Position numbers and translations under genes: made by a program. Shown in pieces: positions 1 through 10,524 of a DNA stretch of 64,000 bases (the stretch's first letter is position 1; every line of letters starts with the position of its first letter). The DNA comes from an uncultured delta proteobacterium. Its GTDB lineage: Bacteria; Desulfobacterota; Binatia; UBA9968. Location: NCBI GenBank assembly GCA_963745835.1, contig CAVUZH010000014.1:384001-448000 (forward strand). Direction: 5' to 3'. The notes below the pieces were generated by a model, which saw nothing but the letters and a program-made list of their open reading frames with translations, did no database searches and was not told the origin of the DNA.

Positions 1-1628
1 AAAGTCGCGCCTAATGCCAGGTGCGCTACCGGCGTGCCGCTAAAATAGAGGTGGTGCATCGTGCCGATAACACCGCCCAGCGAGTAAAGGATGATATCCA
101 GATAAATCACGCGCAGGGCAGTCGCCTGGCGAACGACTCCCAGCAATACGAACATGTAGGCGACCATAACAGTGGTAAACAGCTCGAGAAAATCCTCCAC
201 CCAAAGATGCACCACCCAGAAACGCCAGAAATCATTGACGACGAAACCTTCGCGAGGGCTCGCGAGCAGCCCTACGGCGTAGAACGCAGGAATGGCAAGA
301 GCGGCATAAAACAAGAGCCAAGGCATATTGCCGAAGTGCTGCTCGCGCAACGTTCCGCGGAGCCCGCGAAACAAGATGAACACCCACAGCAACAGACCAA
401 CGACGAGCAGGATCTGCCACAGTCTGCCGAGGTCGAGGTATTCCCAGCCTTGATGACCGAGCCAAAACCACAGTCCCTCGCCTAACCAGCCGCGCGCGCC
501 GAGGTATTCGCCGGCCAGGCTGCCGAAGACTACGATGGCAACGGCAATGAGAAGCACGATTGTAAGCGCCCCCTGGCCGGAGCGCTCACGCCCCGCGATC
601 AGCGGCACAATGAAAATGCCGGTTGCAAGAAACGACGCGGAGACCCAAAAAATTGCCAGCTGAACGTGCCAGGTCCGCATGATGTTGAAGGGCAGGATGG
701 TTGAGAAATCGATGCCAAAAAATCCCTCCGGCTCAGCCCGATAGTGTGCAATTAGTCCACCGGTCAAAGTTTGCAAGACAAAGAGTAGCGAAGAGACGAA
801 CAGAAACCAGACGATGGCTCGCTGTGCCGGTGTAACCGCCACTTGATCGATCGAACGGAATCGCACCGGTTCAGTTTCCGTTTCACTCCAACCGAGCCAA
901 TCGTAGCGGCCAAAGAAATAAAGGATCACCCCGGTTCCGCCTAACAAGCCGATGATCGAAATCACGCTCCAGGTGATGGCATCGGCGGTGATGAAATTTC
1001 CAGCCAGAGGCTCGGGCGGCCAATTGTTCGTGTACGAGTAGGAGTAACCGGGACGATCGGCAGCGGCGGTCCAGGCAGTCCACGCAAAAAAGGCGGTGAG
1101 TTTGCGGATATCCTCGGGATTGGTAATCCATTCAGCCTGAGCGCCGCCATGGGTTTTCTTTGCGAAGAAAATCGAGTGATAGTGCTCCTCCATCATTCTG
1201 TGCGCCGCTGCTCTTGGTCCGGTCCAGACAAGCGAATCATCCGCCGGGTTGTAAGTATTTTTGTGCAGCTCGGCGGCAACTCGCTCACGTGATGAAAGAC
1301 CGCTCACCGGCGCGCCTGCATACGCGTTGATGAGGAACTCGGAAGTATTGTGAAGGTACTCGGCGGTGAAATCCGGTCCCAGATAAGCGCCATGACCGTA
1401 CACCGAGCCATACTCCATCACCCCATAGCGCTGGAAAACGTTCATTCCGCCGACAATATCTTCGCGGGTAAACAGGACCTTGTTCTCGGCCAGGACTCTG
1501 GCAGGGATGGGCGGTTGGTCACGATAGACCAAATAGGCGAGGAGCCCGAGCACGGTAAAACCGAGGAGATAAGTCAGCACTGCTCCTTGAAACCAAAGAG
1601 ACGAAATCGGCATGGGTTCTCGTGTCAT
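1..1628 (-). CDS. norB: Quinol-dependent nitric oxide reductase (qNor), N-terminal ~542 aa; runs off the left edge
   Basis: Absent from the ORF track because there is no stop in the window. Manual translation from the ATG at 1628 gives GSVYGHGAYLGPDFTAEYLH, AHYRAE, RTWHVQLAIFW, WRFWVVHLWVEDFLELF and GTMHHLYF; HLWVE was checked to be in frame with the ATG. Confidence 0.93.
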   Translation of the reverse strand, partial: MTREPMPISSLWFQGAVLTYLLGFTVLGLLAYLVYRDQPPIPARVLAENKVLFTREDIVGGMNVFQRYGVMEYGSVYGHGAYLGPDFTAEYLHNTSEFLINAYAGAPVSGLSSRERVAAELHKNTYNPADDSLVWTGPRAAAHRMMEEHYHSIFFAKKTHGGAQAEWITNPEDIRKLTAFFAWTAWTAAADRPGYSYSYTNNWPPEPLAGNFITADAITWSVISIIGLLGGTGVILYFFGRYDWLGWSETETEPVRFRSIDQVAVTPAQRAIVWFLFVSSLLFVLQTLTGGLIAHYRAEPEGFFGIDFSTILPFNIMRTWHVQLAIFWVSASFLATGIFIVPLIAGRERSGQGALTIVLLIAVAIVVFGSLAGEYLGARGWLGEGLWFWLGHQGWEYLDLGRLWQILLVVGLLLWVFILFRGLRGTLREQHFGNMPWLLFYAALAIPAFYAVGLLASPREGFVVNDFWRFWVVHLWVEDFLELFTTVMVAYMFVLLGVVRQATALRVIYLDIILYSLGGVIGTMHHLYFSGTPVAHLALGAT

Positions 1629-1685
1629 AGCGTGTCACCTCTGTTTTTATAGCGTTCAAAAGCTCGAAACGTTGCTATGGGTCTC

Positions 1686-1701
1686 TGCAATCAGAGTCCC
1701 T
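1686..1701 (-). promoter_or_regulatory. Putative sigma54 promoter of qNor
   Basis: AGGGAC-TCTGA-TTGCA; GG and GC at correct -24/-12 spacing, ~60 bp before the ATG. Confidence 0.5.
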
Positions 1702-2010
1702 GTGTGTTAACCCGATGTCGAGTCGTAGTTCTCATTGATCAAGTCCTCGGGTACGCCCGGTAAAGTCCAGGTATTCTATTGATGATCAGAGCAATTACAT
1801 AATACCTCGGTACAATTTAGCGAGTTTGAAGCAGCAGAGAAACAGTGTGTCCCTAACGAGCGACAAGGGTCGTGGTATCTTGAAAGTGAGATCGACTAAG
1901 ACCAAGAGCGAAGGTCAAGGAAAATCAAAGCTAGTCGAGTAGCGCAAATCCTGACGGCTTTATTGTCGCGGCATCCGCTCAAGAAATCGCCCGCAATCAG
2001 CTATAATCTG

Positions 2011-2277
2011 CTACTCAACATCCGCGACCTTCTTGATCCCATCGCCCCAATCTTCAACTTTGAAGTCCGAGAACGAAAGCACGATCGGCTCCTTTTCCTC
2101 GATGACGATCATCCGGTTCTTGTACTTAATTAGGAATGAAATCTTGAGCAATAACGAGTCGTCACGAAATTCGAGGAGCGTTACCTTTTGCTCGAAATAG
2201 GAGTATTCCTTGTCGCGCAATATCTCTTCTACTCGCTTACGCGTAAGTGTCTCTTTAGGAGCTAAAAATCCATCCAT
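2011..2277 (-). CDS. Hypothetical protein (88 aa)
   Basis: ORF with GGAGGG ribosome-binding site and protein-like composition. Confidence 0.6.
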   Translation of the reverse strand: MDGFLAPKETLTRKRVEEILRDKEYSYFEQKVTLLEFRDDSLLLKISFLIKYKNRMIVIEEKEPIVLSFSDFKVEDWGDGIKKVADVE

Positions 2278-2348
2278 TTCCCCTCCCCATTCCTAGTCGC
2301 CGGCGTTTTGCAATCCTAATCTCGCACATCCATCCGTCAGGACGTTCT

Positions 2349-2768
2349 TCATGCCTGCTCATCTTCTAACCGGTTAAGGAAACACCGCAGGACGTCAACA
2401 TAGGTGACAGTGTCCACGATGCCTTCAGTTCATCGACAGGAATGCCGCCGATCTTTTCTTCGATCAGCAATTCAACCGCTTCGCGGAGATCGTTCTCAGG
2501 CGAAACTGTCGGAGCTTGGCGGTCATTATCTCGTTTACCTTGGTTCTCAGCGCTCTGGCCCTTCCTCTGGCTTAAGAAGCGACGATTGGGCAAGGAAAGA
2601 GCGAATATCGCGCTCACTGACGATACCAATAAGTTGTTTCTTCTCGATGACCGGAAGTTGTCGATAGTGGTTCTCGTCCATTAGCTCTTCCGCTTTACCC
2701 ACTGTATCCGAGGGACTCACGGTCAGAGGATCACGTCGAATAGTTTCATTGAATTAGCTTTTCATCAT
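2349..2768 (-). pseudogene. CBS-domain pair protein, frameshifted
   Basis: Pieces in different frames: PLTVSPSDTVGKAEELMDENHYRQLPVIEKKQLIGIVSERDIR; TVSPENDLREAVELLIEEKIGGIPV; VTYVDVLRCF. Confidence 0.8.
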
Positions 2769-2792
2769 GGTTTCCCACTACGATCTATAGAG

Positions 2793-2808
2793 AGCACAGG
2801 TTGTGCCA
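2793..2808 (-). promoter_or_regulatory. Putative sigma54 promoter (CBS gene)
   Basis: TGGCAC-AACCT-GTGCT. Confidence 0.6.
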
Positions 2809-3360
2809 AGGACGTGGGAAAAATGTTCCCGTGAATGTCATCCGTAATCGGCATCGATCGCCAAACTCTCGCTAGAAATGAGAAAAGTTCTGCGACAAAT
2901 TCTAGTTGCTGCGAATCAAAAGAAGCGTTGAACCCGAAGATTTCACTCATTGGCGTTCACCCTGGTCGAACCTCTCGGCTGTCAAGGCCGCGAAGAGTCT
3001 CCGGTTTGCACTGATGCGCCGGCAGGATGGCGCTCCGGTAGGAATTGCGCAGCCATACTCGCTCCTTCGATTAGCTTGAGTACTGGTGAAAAGGGCCCAT
3101 CTCGACTCCGGTCTGGTTTAGTATTTAGATTCAAGGCATTCGCTCGAAGGAAGGTAACCAATTAGCAAAAAGGCAATAGAGATTCCCGAATGAGCCGTGC
3201 GAAAAGAACTGCCGACGGTCCAAGCCAAACGAATTCTCAAAGCCGCGAAACCAGCGACCGATCTTTCGCGATTCCAATAATAGAGGCGAGATAGAGATAC
3301 CGCCCGCCGGCATTTTGCCCGCTAGAACTCGATAAAAAGCAGTGGGATCGTAAGCGAAAG

Positions 3361-3376
3361 TGGCATCGAAGATGCG
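3361..3376 (+). promoter_or_regulatory. Putative sigma54 promoter (zf-TFIIB/DUF6448/hemerythrin unit)
   Basis: TGGCAT-CGAAG-ATGCG, ~30 bp before the ATG at 3405. Confidence 0.55.
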
Positions 3377-3404
3377 TTATTCCCCCATGTGGGAGATGAG
3401 AAAT

Positions 3405-3731
3405 ATGGCAGACGAAACGGATCGATTTGGCGATACCATGCGACTTGTTGAGAGAGCTAAAGAAGATATTTACTTTGCCGAGCAAGATCGACAGGTGCTG
3501 GAAAAACTCCGCAGTCAACTCCGTAAGGTCGAGACTTCTGACGCGCCCCGGCACTGTCCCAAGTGCCCGGGTAAGCTAGAGGCTTACACGTTTGAGGGCT
3601 ATGCGCTCGATCGCTGTCAGGAATGCGGTGGAGTTTGGTTGGATCGGGGTGAGCTCGAGGCGATCGTCAAGAAGATCAGGCGCGGGCCACTTGGTGGGTG
3701 GTTGGATACCCTGAGCGAGGAAATCAAATAA
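3405..3731 (+). CDS. zf-TFIIB zinc-ribbon domain protein
   Basis: CPKC...DRCQECGGVWLDRGELE; N-terminal ERAKEDIYF segment; GGGAG RBS favours the 3405 start. Confidence 0.85.
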   Translation: MADETDRFGDTMRLVERAKEDIYFAEQDRQVLEKLRSQLRKVETSDAPRHCPKCPGKLEAYTFEGYALDRCQECGGVWLDRGELEAIVKKIRRGPLGGWLDTLSEEIK

Positions 3732-3836
3732 TGACGAAGCTTGGAATGCGATTAGCGGCGAAAGATCACACTTTGCAGAAGGCTTAGGGCCGAAAGAAAC
3801 ATTCGGAACGTTTACGGGGCGACGAAAGATATTTTT

Positions 3837-4469
3837 ATGAAAAAATTTTTAGTTCTGCTCGTTGCTGGTTTCAGCGTCGGGATATTAGGTATGGTCGAAC
3901 CGAACACAGCCTTTGCCCATTGTGACGGGCTCGACGGTCCCGTGGTTGAAGCGGCGCAGAGAGCTTTGGATTCTGGTAATCCTAATCTTGTCTTGATCTG
4001 GGTCCAGAAGCGCGATGAAAAGGAGATCAGAGCAGCTTTCGAAAAAACGCTCGCAGTGCGGAAATACGGTAGCCAGGCGAGGGAACTTGCCGATCTCTAT
4101 TTTTTCGAGACGCTGGTACGCATCCATCGAGCCGGAGAAGGCGAACCTTACACCGGGCTCAAACCTTCCGGGCGCAACCTCGGGCCGGCAATTCCTGCGG
4201 CAGATAAGGCTTTGGAAAGCCGGGAGGTAGAGCCGCTGCTCAAGCTGATCACCGAAGAGACCCGAAGAGCCATCCGCGACAGGTATGAAGATGTGCTGGC
4301 GAAGAAACACTATCGACCAAACGACGTTGAGGCAGGACGAGAATATGTGGAAGCCTATGTTCTCCTCCTCGAACAGGTCGAGCGGATATATGAGGCTGCG
4401 AACAGCCCTGCCCGGGGCCATATAGAGAAAACTGGAAAAACCGAATTGCATAAAGAAGAAAAGCATTGA
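3837..4469 (+). CDS. Exported protein, DUF6448-like
   Basis: Signal peptide followed by AHCDGLDGPVV...FFETLVRIHRAGEGEPYTGLKP. Confidence 0.75.
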   Translation: MKKFLVLLVAGFSVGILGMVEPNTAFAHCDGLDGPVVEAAQRALDSGNPNLVLIWVQKRDEKEIRAAFEKTLAVRKYGSQARELADLYFFETLVRIHRAGEGEPYTGLKPSGRNLGPAIPAADKALESREVEPLLKLITEETRRAIRDRYEDVLAKKHYRPNDVEAGREYVEAYVLLLEQVERIYEAANSPARGHIEKTGKTELHKEEKH

Positions 4470-4486
4470 TTAAAAGAGGGCCTACG

Positions 4487-4939
4487 ATGATATTCAAAAT
4501 TCCCACGCCTTTGAAACTGGAACATGACGAGCTTCACGCCGATCTTGTCAAGGCAACTCAAGCTGGCGGGCGGGTAGGCGATGCCGCTAAGATGGTGGCC
4601 AAAGTCCTTCACGAGCACTTTGTGAAAGAAGAAGAGTTTGCCTTGCCGCCACTCGGATTACTCTCCGCACTGGCTCGGGATCAAGTCGACGAAGTTATGA
4701 AGACCGCAGTACCTATGACTGATCGACTGAAAGCAGAGCTGCCGGAAATGCTGCAGGAGCATGAAGCTGTGGTTGCTGCTCTGAAAACTTTGATCACGGC
4801 GGCTCAGGCTGAGAATAAACCGGAGCATGCGCGCTTCGCCGAGAAGTTGATCTTACATGCCCGGACTGAAGAGGAAGTGCTTTATCCCACTGCAATATTG
4901 ATTGGGGAATACTTAAAACTAAGACTTAGCGCCTCGTAG
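4487..4939 (+). CDS. Hemerythrin (HHE)-domain protein
   Basis: EHDELH, HFVKEEE, EHEAV and HARTEEEVLYP motifs. Confidence 0.85.
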   Translation: MIFKIPTPLKLEHDELHADLVKATQAGGRVGDAAKMVAKVLHEHFVKEEEFALPPLGLLSALARDQVDEVMKTAVPMTDRLKAELPEMLQEHEAVVAALKTLITAAQAENKPEHARFAEKLILHARTEEEVLYPTAILIGEYLKLRLSAS

Positions 4940-5126
4940 CGCAAAATTTAAATCGCTCTCTAATACGGCCGCGTCATGAAGCAGCTAAATCGTGGGCCGC
5001 TGATTTCTGTACACTGACTTGTTACGGGGGTTTGTCCGGGCGCGAGTAGGCACAGGGTGCGCATTGGTTCTTCGGTTTCCGCGGCGTTGTTCCAGATACC
5101 AATTCATCGCATGCGCTTGAAAACTT

Positions 5127-5173
5127 TTCTCATTGTTTAGAAACAAGATCGGCGCCTCTCCGAAAAACGAGAA
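5127..5173. promoter_or_regulatory. Candidate enhancer (UAS type A), two imperfect 16-bp palindromes
   Basis: TTCTCA-TTGT-TTAGAA (5127) and CTCCGA-AAAA-CGAGAA (5158), 31 bp apart, upstream of a sigma54 promoter. Confidence 0.5.
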
Positions 5174-5213
5174 CAAATCATCGAAAGGTTCGAAGCTTGT
5201 CGGGCGGCAAAAC

Positions 5214-5229
5214 TGGCACTTCTATTGCT
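5214..5229 (+). promoter_or_regulatory. Sigma54 promoter of the PaaA-like gene
   Basis: TGGCAC-TTCTA-TTGCT, near consensus. Confidence 0.8.
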
Positions 5230-5289
5230 CTCTCTGAATTGGAGAGAATTGATCTTAACCGACAAGCTAGGCAGCTGATGGGGGACAGT

Positions 5290-6006
5290 ATGTTTACCGA
5301 AAAGATAGAGCTAAAAGATCTCGATAAGATGGATGCGGAATATCGGGATCTGCTGGGGCGCGTGTTGACGATACAGGCAGATTGCGAGATCGGCGGACCG
5401 CACCTTTATGTAGAAACGATGCTGCCGGCGGCGCCCAGTAAGCTTGATCAACTGATCGTCGCGCGCACGGCGGCCGAGGAGATCGATCATTTCCGCAAAG
5501 TTGCGCGAGTGGCCGGGGATATGGGAGTCGATGTTTCATTTGTGCTGAGCCAGCCCAACGAAAAACGCTTCGTCGACTCCTTCCGTGGTCTCATCACAAC
5601 CTGGGAAGACCACGCGGTTTTCGGCTTTTTGATCGATCGGGTCGGGCGATACCAGCTTGAAGAATTCTATGATTGCAGTTATCTGCCGCTGCAGCGAATT
5701 CTTCCGGACATTGTCACCGAGGAACTGGGGCATATCGAATACGGTTACAACAAAAGCCTCGAACTGATGTCCAAGGGTGACGAGCAAAAAGAACGCGTCC
5801 AAAAGGCTATCGATTATTGGTATGTTCGCGCGCTCGACATGTTCGGTCGCAGCGGATCCAAACGCGCCGAGCGCTATCTTTATTGGGGATTAAAAAGGCG
5901 GAGCAATGAGCAGGCTCGCGAAGACTACATCCGTGAAGTCAATCCGATCCTGCTTAGCTTGGGTCTCAAAATTCCCGATCCGCTCGAAGGCCGCCGCTAT
6001 ATCTGA
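5290..6006 (+). CDS. Ferritin-like diiron protein, PaaA/PaaC (phenylacetyl-CoA epoxidase-like) family
   Basis: QADCE, EEIDH, IDRVG and EELGH ligand motifs; C-terminal QKAIDYWYVRALDMFG...WGLKRRSNEQ typical of the family. Confidence 0.85.
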   Translation: MFTEKIELKDLDKMDAEYRDLLGRVLTIQADCEIGGPHLYVETMLPAAPSKLDQLIVARTAAEEIDHFRKVARVAGDMGVDVSFVLSQPNEKRFVDSFRGLITTWEDHAVFGFLIDRVGRYQLEEFYDCSYLPLQRILPDIVTEELGHIEYGYNKSLELMSKGDEQKERVQKAIDYWYVRALDMFGRSGSKRAERYLYWGLKRRSNEQAREDYIREVNPILLSLGLKIPDPLEGRRYI

Positions 6007-6020
6007 CAAAGGAGATTGTT

Positions 6021-6212
6021 ATGCCGCAAGCAGCACCTGATACGGAAAAGCTCGACGAGCACCTACTCGAAGTCGTCCGCGCCCTGCACGCGGCCGTCAA
6101 GCAGGGAGTTTCCCATTTAAATGACGCCACAGTGATGGATAAAGCGATTGCCGATAGTAAAGAAATTCTCGACGTCATCATGGCCGGAGAGGTGAAGGAG
6201 TGGCTGAACTGA
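6021..6212 (+). CDS. Hypothetical protein (63 aa)
   Basis: GGAG RBS; tightly packed between the PaaA-like gene and osmC. Confidence 0.7.
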   Translation: MPQAAPDTEKLDEHLLEVVRALHAAVKQGVSHLNDATVMDKAIADSKEILDVIMAGEVKEWLN

Positions 6213-6245
6213 GTTCGGCGGAGGTTCAGCGCTCAGGGACATTTT

Positions 6246-6680
6246 ATGAGCGAAGGAAAAACTCATCTCTACGAGACCGAAGTCGAGTGGATTGGCGCAA
6301 AGGACCTGAAGCTTAGCGGCGCCAAGCAGCCTGCGATCGCCGCAGGAGCGCCGCCGGAGTTTCAGGGCCGGGAGGAAAACTGGTCGCCGGAGCATCTGTT
6401 AGTTGCCTCGCTGAACAGTTGTTACGTGCTGACCTTGATTGCGATTGCGGAATTCTCGAAAGTCGCTCTCGTTAGTTGTTCCTCCACGGCAAAGGGAAAG
6501 CTAGAGAAACTGCCAGGGGGCGGCTATCAGATCACCGAGATTACCGTCAAGCCAAAGGTGGTTCTTGCGTCGGCCGTCGACCTCTCGCGCATGCCGCGAA
6601 TCCTGGAAAAAGCCAAAGACAATTGCTTTATCTCCAACTCGATTAAGGCGACAATCAAGATCGAGCCCGAAATCTTTTGA
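6246..6680 (+). CDS. OsmC/Ohr-family protein
   Basis: PPEFQG...WSPEHLLVASLNSCY and CFISNSI; two conserved Cys. Confidence 0.9.
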   Translation: MSEGKTHLYETEVEWIGAKDLKLSGAKQPAIAAGAPPEFQGREENWSPEHLLVASLNSCYVLTLIAIAEFSKVALVSCSSTAKGKLEKLPGGGYQITEITVKPKVVLASAVDLSRMPRILEKAKDNCFISNSIKATIKIEPEIF

Positions 6681-6862
6681 TCATCAGACGCAGACATCTT
6701 TTTGTCCATCGGGAGAATCTCCAGACTGATGCATCTGCCGGTCAGCTAACTAAAGGGTTTCGTCAATAGCTTCATCACCCACGACTCCTCTGCTTCACGA
6801 GTTGTTTCTTGAGCCAACCGGACGAAGCATAATATATTTGCAAGATCGCAAAAGAAGCCGAA

Positions 6863-7792
6863 ATGGAACGATCCGGTCTTACTCGCTTCGCATGGCTCTC
6901 GATCAGCGCCGCGCTGGCGACCATTGCTTTGAAAGCTTTGGCGTATTTCGTCACGGATTCCGTGGGGCTGTTGTCGGATGCATTGGAGTCATTGGTGAAT
7001 CTGGCTGCGGCTCTCATGGCGCTCGCAATGCTGATCGTTGCGGCTCGACCGCCAGATGAGATTCACGCCTTCGGCTACGGCAAAGCCGAGTATTTTTCCA
7101 GCGGCGCTGAAGGGGCGCTGATTATCCTTGCGGCGGCCATCATCGCCTGGACCGCGCTGCCACGTTTGATTACGCCACAGCCTTTGGAGCAAGTGGGCAT
7201 CGGTCTTGGCGCATCGATCGTAGCAGCGGCGCTCAATTTTTTCGTTGCCCGGCATTTGCTCAGCGGCAGCAAACAGTATCGCTCCATCACACTTGAAGCC
7301 GACGCCCATCACCTGATGACCGATGTCTGGACTTCGGCCGGTGTGGTCGCCGGAGTCGCGATTGTCGCCCTGACCGGCTGGACACGTCTTGATGCGGTGA
7401 TCGCGTTGTGTGTTGCCGTCAATATTTTATTCACGGGAGTGCGACTGCTACGCCGCTCGTTGCTTGGACTTTTAGACAGGGCGTTGGGACCTACCGAGCA
7501 AGAACTAATAAAAGAAATCCTCAGCCGATATGGCAGCCAGGGTCTTCACTATCATGCGCTGCGCACGAGGCAGGCGGGAATGCGGTCGTTCATTTCCTTC
7601 CATGTACTCGTGCCGGGAGAATGGACCGTTCAGCGCGGGCATGATCTGGTCGAACGAGTAGAGCGCGATATACGCGCGGCGGTTCCCGGCGCAACGGTCT
7701 TCACTCACCTCGAGCCGATCAATGATCCGGCAGCTTGGCTGGACTTAACGCTTGATCGGAGAGACGATGCAATACGCAGCAAGTGCAACTAA
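6863..7792 (+). CDS. Cation diffusion facilitator (FieF-like) transporter
   Basis: [30 protein letters not shown]; C-terminal dimerisation domain ending THLEP. Confidence 0.93.
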   Translation: MERSGLTRFAWLSISAALATIALKALAYFVTDSVGLLSDALESLVNLAAALMALAMLIVAARPPDEIHAFGYGKAEYFSSGAEGALIILAAAIIAWTALPRLITPQPLEQVGIGLGASIVAAALNFFVARHLLSGSKQYRSITLEADAHHLMTDVWTSAGVVAGVAIVALTGWTRLDAVIALCVAVNILFTGVRLLRRSLLGLLDRALGPTEQELIKEILSRYGSQGLHYHALRTRQAGMRSFISFHVLVPGEWTVQRGHDLVERVERDIRAAVPGATVFTHLEPINDPAAWLDLTLDRRDDAIRSKCN

Positions 7793-8139
7793 AAGGCAAA
7801 TCGGTTATCGGGTTCGGCTGTCGATTTGATAAAAAGCGCTATGAGGCAGTTACAAACCTGACGGATTGGCATTTGATTAGTAGAGGAGAGAAGTATCGCC
7901 GGCGGGTTGTGGTCATTGCGTTATTCCTTATCTACTCGCGCGATGTTCTGAGCGCTGCTTCATCTGGGGTGCGAACTTGGAATGGCCGATAACTTCAAGT
8001 CTCGACGCCACAGCAGTCACAACCTCCCGCCTCGTTTATTCGCAGCGCGGATCCGCCTGAAGGTTTGCTGTAGAACTCGCGAGCTTGCGGTATCACTTTA
8101 TCTGTCTCGATCGAGACATGATTGATTCGAAAAAGCTTG

Positions 8140-9084
8140 TCAGCTAATCTCCAGCTCTTCGATCTTGCGGTAGAGCGACGAGAGACTGATATCCAGAAGC
8201 CTGGCCGCCTCTTTCCGGTCTTGATGGGCTAGGTCCAGAGCGCGCAGAATGTGCTGCTTTTCGAATTGTCGCGACGCATCCCTGAGATTGAATGTGAAGC
8301 CAGGATTGGTTTGACTACTGGCGATGATAGCGCTTGGCAGATTCTTCAACATGATTCGGTCGCCTTCGGCAAGAATCATCGTATGCTCGATGACGTTGTC
8401 GAGCTCGCGAACGTTGCCCTTCCATTGCAGCGCCATTAGAACGCGCACCGCGGCCTCGTCGATACCCTGAAAATTTCTTTTGAGCTCCGGGTTGTGACGC
8501 TTGATGAAATGTTCGATCAACTCCGGAATATCCTCCGGCCGCTCCCGTAAAGGGGGAATATGGATTTCCATGACATTGAGACGATAGTAGAGATCTTCGC
8601 GAAAGCGACCGGCTTCAACTTCGTTATCTAAGTTTCGATTGGTTGCGGCCAAAACCCGAACGTCGATCCGGCGCGGTGTCGTGCTCCCCAGCGGAAGAAT
8701 TTCCTTGGCTTCCAAAGCTCTGAGCAATTTGACTTGGAGGTGCGGCGGGATCTCGCCGATTTCATCGAGAAAAATGGTTCCGCCTCTGGCCTTCTCGAAC
8801 AACCCTTCCTGATTGGCGAAAGCCCCCGTGAAAGAACCTTTTATATGGCCGAAAACGAGACTTTCCAGCAGCGTCTCCGGTAGTGCGCCGCAGTTGACTG
8901 GCAGAAAAACTTTTTCGTGACGATCGCTAAGCGCGTGGAGCGCTAGAGCAATGAGTTCTTTACCGGTGCCGCTTTCGCCCGTGATCAGAACCGTCGCTTG
9001 AGTGTTGGCAACTTTCTTGACCAGCTCTAGGACGTCATGAATCGCCTTGCTTTTGCCAATGATGTTGTTCAATTGAAAGTCCAT
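8140..9084 (-). CDS. Sigma54-dependent activator (AAA+ and Fis HTH) with no N-terminal sensor domain
   Basis: GESGTGKE, GSFTGA, FLDEIGE, FREDLYYRL, WKGNVREL, C-terminal HTH; in-frame stop 13 codons upstream of the ATG. Confidence 0.93.
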   Translation of the reverse strand: MDFQLNNIIGKSKAIHDVLELVKKVANTQATVLITGESGTGKELIALALHALSDRHEKVFLPVNCGALPETLLESLVFGHIKGSFTGAFANQEGLFEKARGGTIFLDEIGEIPPHLQVKLLRALEAKEILPLGSTTPRRIDVRVLAATNRNLDNEVEAGRFREDLYYRLNVMEIHIPPLRERPEDIPELIEHFIKRHNPELKRNFQGIDEAAVRVLMALQWKGNVRELDNVIEHTMILAEGDRIMLKNLPSAIIASSQTNPGFTFNLRDASRQFEKQHILRALDLAHQDRKEAARLLDISLSSLYRKIEELEIS

Positions 9085-9187
9085 TGACCTATTAAGCCGG
9101 ATGTAGCAGTCATCGGCACGTCACGCGATTTGCGTTGTTTTGCGCGCGAATCCTCTCCTTACGAAATGCCGGCAGCACGCCATCGGC

Positions 9188-9216
9188 AAGATAAAAGCGT
9201 GCGATGAATGTGTCAA
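9188..9216 (-). promoter_or_regulatory. Sigma70-type promoter of the activator gene
   Basis: TTGACA-N17-TATCTT on the minus strand. Confidence 0.65.
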
Positions 9217-9240
9217 GGAGATGGGAGTTGGAACTCGGAC

Positions 9241-9744
9241 TCAGAGTCTCTCGGCCGCCTGAATAAGCTCCGGATCGGAACAGAAGCGGCGCAGTGCGGT
9301 CTTTAGTTTTTGTCTTTGCACCGCGGCGGGAACGCCCAAATTCTCCATGGTTTTGCCGATGTGCGGGCCTCCCAATTGCAACAATTTGCCGTAGATCACA
9401 TCGATCTCGGAGCTTTCTATTTCGAGCGCAATTTTGAAAGCATCCTCGACGGCGAGCGTCGGTGTACCTTGGTCGAGAAGGGACTGCAGTCGAGCGGCTA
9501 CTCTATCGGCACTGTCACTGCTGATCATCGGATCGAGGGATTCGTCCTCATAGTTAAGGATAAGGTCCCGGCACGCGCCCAGAATACTCGCATGCTGCTC
9601 TTCTTCTCGCGCCATCTCCCACCAAAAGTCCCGCAGGTCCTGTCGCGTTAAAAAGAGATGTGAGAATCGATAGTATATCTTCGCTATCAGCCGTTCGATT
9701 TCGGCAAAGCGCAGCAGGGGATCGAATGGAGCTAAGGTGATCAT
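9241..9744 (-). CDS. Ferritin-like (rubrerythrin-type helical bundle) protein
   Basis: EIER...IYYRF, FWWEMAREEEQH, ALEIESSE. Confidence 0.75.
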   Translation of the reverse strand: MITLAPFDPLLRFAEIERLIAKIYYRFSHLFLTRQDLRDFWWEMAREEEQHASILGACRDLILNYEDESLDPMISSDSADRVAARLQSLLDQGTPTLAVEDAFKIALEIESSEIDVIYGKLLQLGGPHIGKTMENLGVPAAVQRQKLKTALRRFCSDPELIQAAERL

Positions 9745-9842
9745 GATTACAGATTCTCCTTCAACAACGGCAGCAGCTCAGCTTGTCCGAAATCCGACTC
9801 TGCGGCATTCTGAGAGACTGTCGGCGCAGATATTTCACTCCG

Positions 9843-10424
9843 CTAAAGCGCCTTCGCAGTTCCGTTCTTTCGATGCCCGTCAAAAAAGTAACCAGGCCTC
9901 CAAGGGGTTCCCAGCGCAGGCAAGAGCCAGCGGTCAAGTCCGATCCATCCCGCGTTGCGCCAGGCGAGAACCAGCCAGGTTGCTATTGCGAAGAGCATCC
10001 CATTGGTCGAAGCCGATCCAGCCATGATAAAACTCCAGTTCATCAATCCGCCGAAGAACGCGGCCACTCCAACGAAGGCCCCAAAGATCAGTCCTGCAGC
10101 GACCAGAAGTTCGCCGAAAACGATGACTTTGGAAAACCATGTGTGCGCCTCGGCGTTCACCAAAAATTCTATAAAGCTTCGGTACCAGTCGTAGGAGATC
10201 GCCGGCTTGGGGGTCATCTTAAGGCCTCGCTTCCAATACTCGAGCAACGCTTCGCCGCTGCCAATCCATTTGGGGTCGACGAACTTGTGCCATCCCGCTT
10301 CCCACCAAGCCCAACCAAGATATAGCCGTAACGGTAGCCAGAGCCAACTAAACCGCGTGTCCGCAAAGAGCAATCGGGCAATGCGGGGTTCCTCGATGAC
10401 GACTGATTCTCTGTTCGCATTCAT
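9843..10424 (-). CDS. DoxX/DoxD (TQO small subunit-like) membrane protein
   Basis: LRLYLGWAWWEAGWHK, WYRSFI, FGELLV, AGSASTNG, AGWIGLDRW. Confidence 0.85.
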   Translation of the reverse strand: MNANRESVVIEEPRIARLLFADTRFSWLWLPLRLYLGWAWWEAGWHKFVDPKWIGSGEALLEYWKRGLKMTPKPAISYDWYRSFIEFLVNAEAHTWFSKVIVFGELLVAAGLIFGAFVGVAAFFGGLMNWSFIMAGSASTNGMLFAIATWLVLAWRNAGWIGLDRWLLPALGTPWRPGYFFDGHRKNGTAKAL

Positions 10425-10524
10425 GGTCTTTCTCCTCTTGTTCCCCATATCCGATCCGCACATACCGTACCATAACGCACTCGACCACAAATGCGGAGTA
10501 CCTGGCCGAATAGCTCATTGAATT

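Noticed and set aside
1-1628. Nitric oxide dismutase (NOD) interpretation of the Nor gene
   Set aside because: The visible motifs (AHYRAE, HLWVEDFLE, GTMHH) are those of canonical qNor; the C-terminus is outside the window.
1735-1796. FNR/DNR boxes upstream of qNor (TTGAT half-sites)
   Set aside because: No matching ATCAA half-site at the required 4-bp spacing.
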